Shown one piece after another: positions 7,722 through 8,546 of a stretch of 8,546 bases of DNA (position 1 is the first letter of the stretch; the number at the start of each line of letters is the position of its first letter). The stretch spans positions 1 to 8,546 of the forward strand of contig NW_021828885.1 of NCBI RefSeq assembly GCF_006345805.1. Direction: 5' to 3'. Position numbers and translations under genes: made by a program. The notes beneath the pieces are model-generated. The model was not told the DNA's origin and searched no databases. It saw only the letters and a program-made list of their open reading frames with translations. Source of the stretch: Octopus sinensis. Taxonomy: Eukaryota.

Positions 7722-7938
7722 ATATATTAGTGTGTGTCTGTGTTTGCCCCCCCCCATCAATTCAGAAAAGATGGTGGTGTGTTTACGTCCCTGTAACTTA
7801 GCGGCTCGGCACAAGTGACTGATAGAATAAGTACTAGTCTTACAAAGAATATATCCAGGGGTTGATTTCTTTCGACTAAAGCTGGTGCTCCAGCATGGCC
7901 ACAGTCAAATGAATGAAACAGTAAAAGAATAAAAGAAT
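7492..7938 (+). mobile_element. Probable full-length composite SINE: tRNA head, internal (TA)/(TG) microsatellite, LINE-like 3' tail
   Basis: Head 7492-7654 matches 6661-6824; microsatellite about 7655-7740; the 3' segment ends in tggtgctccagcatggccacagtcaaatgaatgaaaca followed by a (TAAAAGAA)-like tail. Confidence 0.75.
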
Positions 7939-8216
7939 ATATATGTGCATGTGTGTGTGTGTGTGTGTGGTGTGTGTGTGTATGTATATATTAGTGTGTG
8001 TCTGTGTTTGCCCCCCCCCATCAATTCAGAAAAGATGGTGGTGTGTTTACGTCCCTGTAACTTAGCGGCTCGGCACAAGTGACTGATAGAATAAGTACTA
8101 GTCTTACAAAGAATATATCCAGGGGTTGATTTCTTTCGACTAAAGCTGGTGCTCCAGCATGGCCACAGTCAAATGAATGAAACAAGTAAAAGAATAAAAG
8201 AATATATATGTGCATG
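7687..8216 (+). repeat. Near-identical tandem duplication, ~265-bp unit covering the SINE 3' half
   Basis: Anchors tatgtatatattag 7717/7981 and gtgcat 7945/8210. Boundaries lie in (TG)n. The unique parts differ by a single A indel (gaaacagt vs gaaacaagt). Confidence 0.95.
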
Positions 8217-8272
8217 TGTGTGTGTGTGTGTGTGTGAGTGTGTGTATGTGTGTGTGTTTGTGTGTGTGCGTG
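8210..8272. repeat. (TG)n microsatellite
   Basis: Directly visible, with interruptions. Confidence 0.9.
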
Positions 8273-8546
8273 TCATCATCGATAAGTTTGTGTTTGTATA
8301 CATCAGTTTATGCCCTTCTCATTGCCGTAAACAAAATATGAAACGTTGCTGCAAAGACATAATTTCTCCCTATTTCTATAAGATCACACGGCATTACAAT
8401 CACATCTCTAACTCCATACAAGCCTTTCCTTCAGTTCTGTCTATCACTTCCTTTCTTCCTCTCCCACTCTTCCCCTTCCTTCAATTCCCTTCCGGTGCGT
8501 TTCTCTTCCTTGTTATCCATCTTCCTCAACTTTTTATCCTAGCCTC

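Noticed and set aside
5934-8215. Many ORFs with CV/YI, poly-I or poly-Y runs
   Set aside because: Translations of (TG)n, (TA)n and (ATT)n and of SINE sequence.
6011-8216. CRISPR-like array
   Set aside because: These are long identical tandem units without unique spacers, in a eukaryotic repeat context.

Overview
AT-rich, microsatellite-dense eukaryotic non-coding DNA made almost entirely of transposon relics. No host gene is evident. The repeat types resemble octopus/coleoid cephalopod families (from recall, not a database search). In order: (1) the frameshifted 3' end of a non-LTR retrotransposon with a stem-loop and (TATG)n tail; (2) a ~2.2 kb Penelope-like (PLE) composite between (TA)n tracts, with a ~675-bp inverted repeat whose arms each carry an identical 43-nt minimal type I hammerhead ribozyme (minus 784-826, plus 2694-2736); (3) a nested stack of a deleted Tc1/mariner-superfamily relic, a SINE fragment, and a 523-bp mariner deletion derivative with 30-bp TIRs and TA duplication; (4) tRNA-headed SINEs in two near-identical, microsatellite-bounded tandem duplications (~830 and ~265 bp). 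The most notable signals are the paired hammerheads and a 3' motif shared by the LINE and the SINE.
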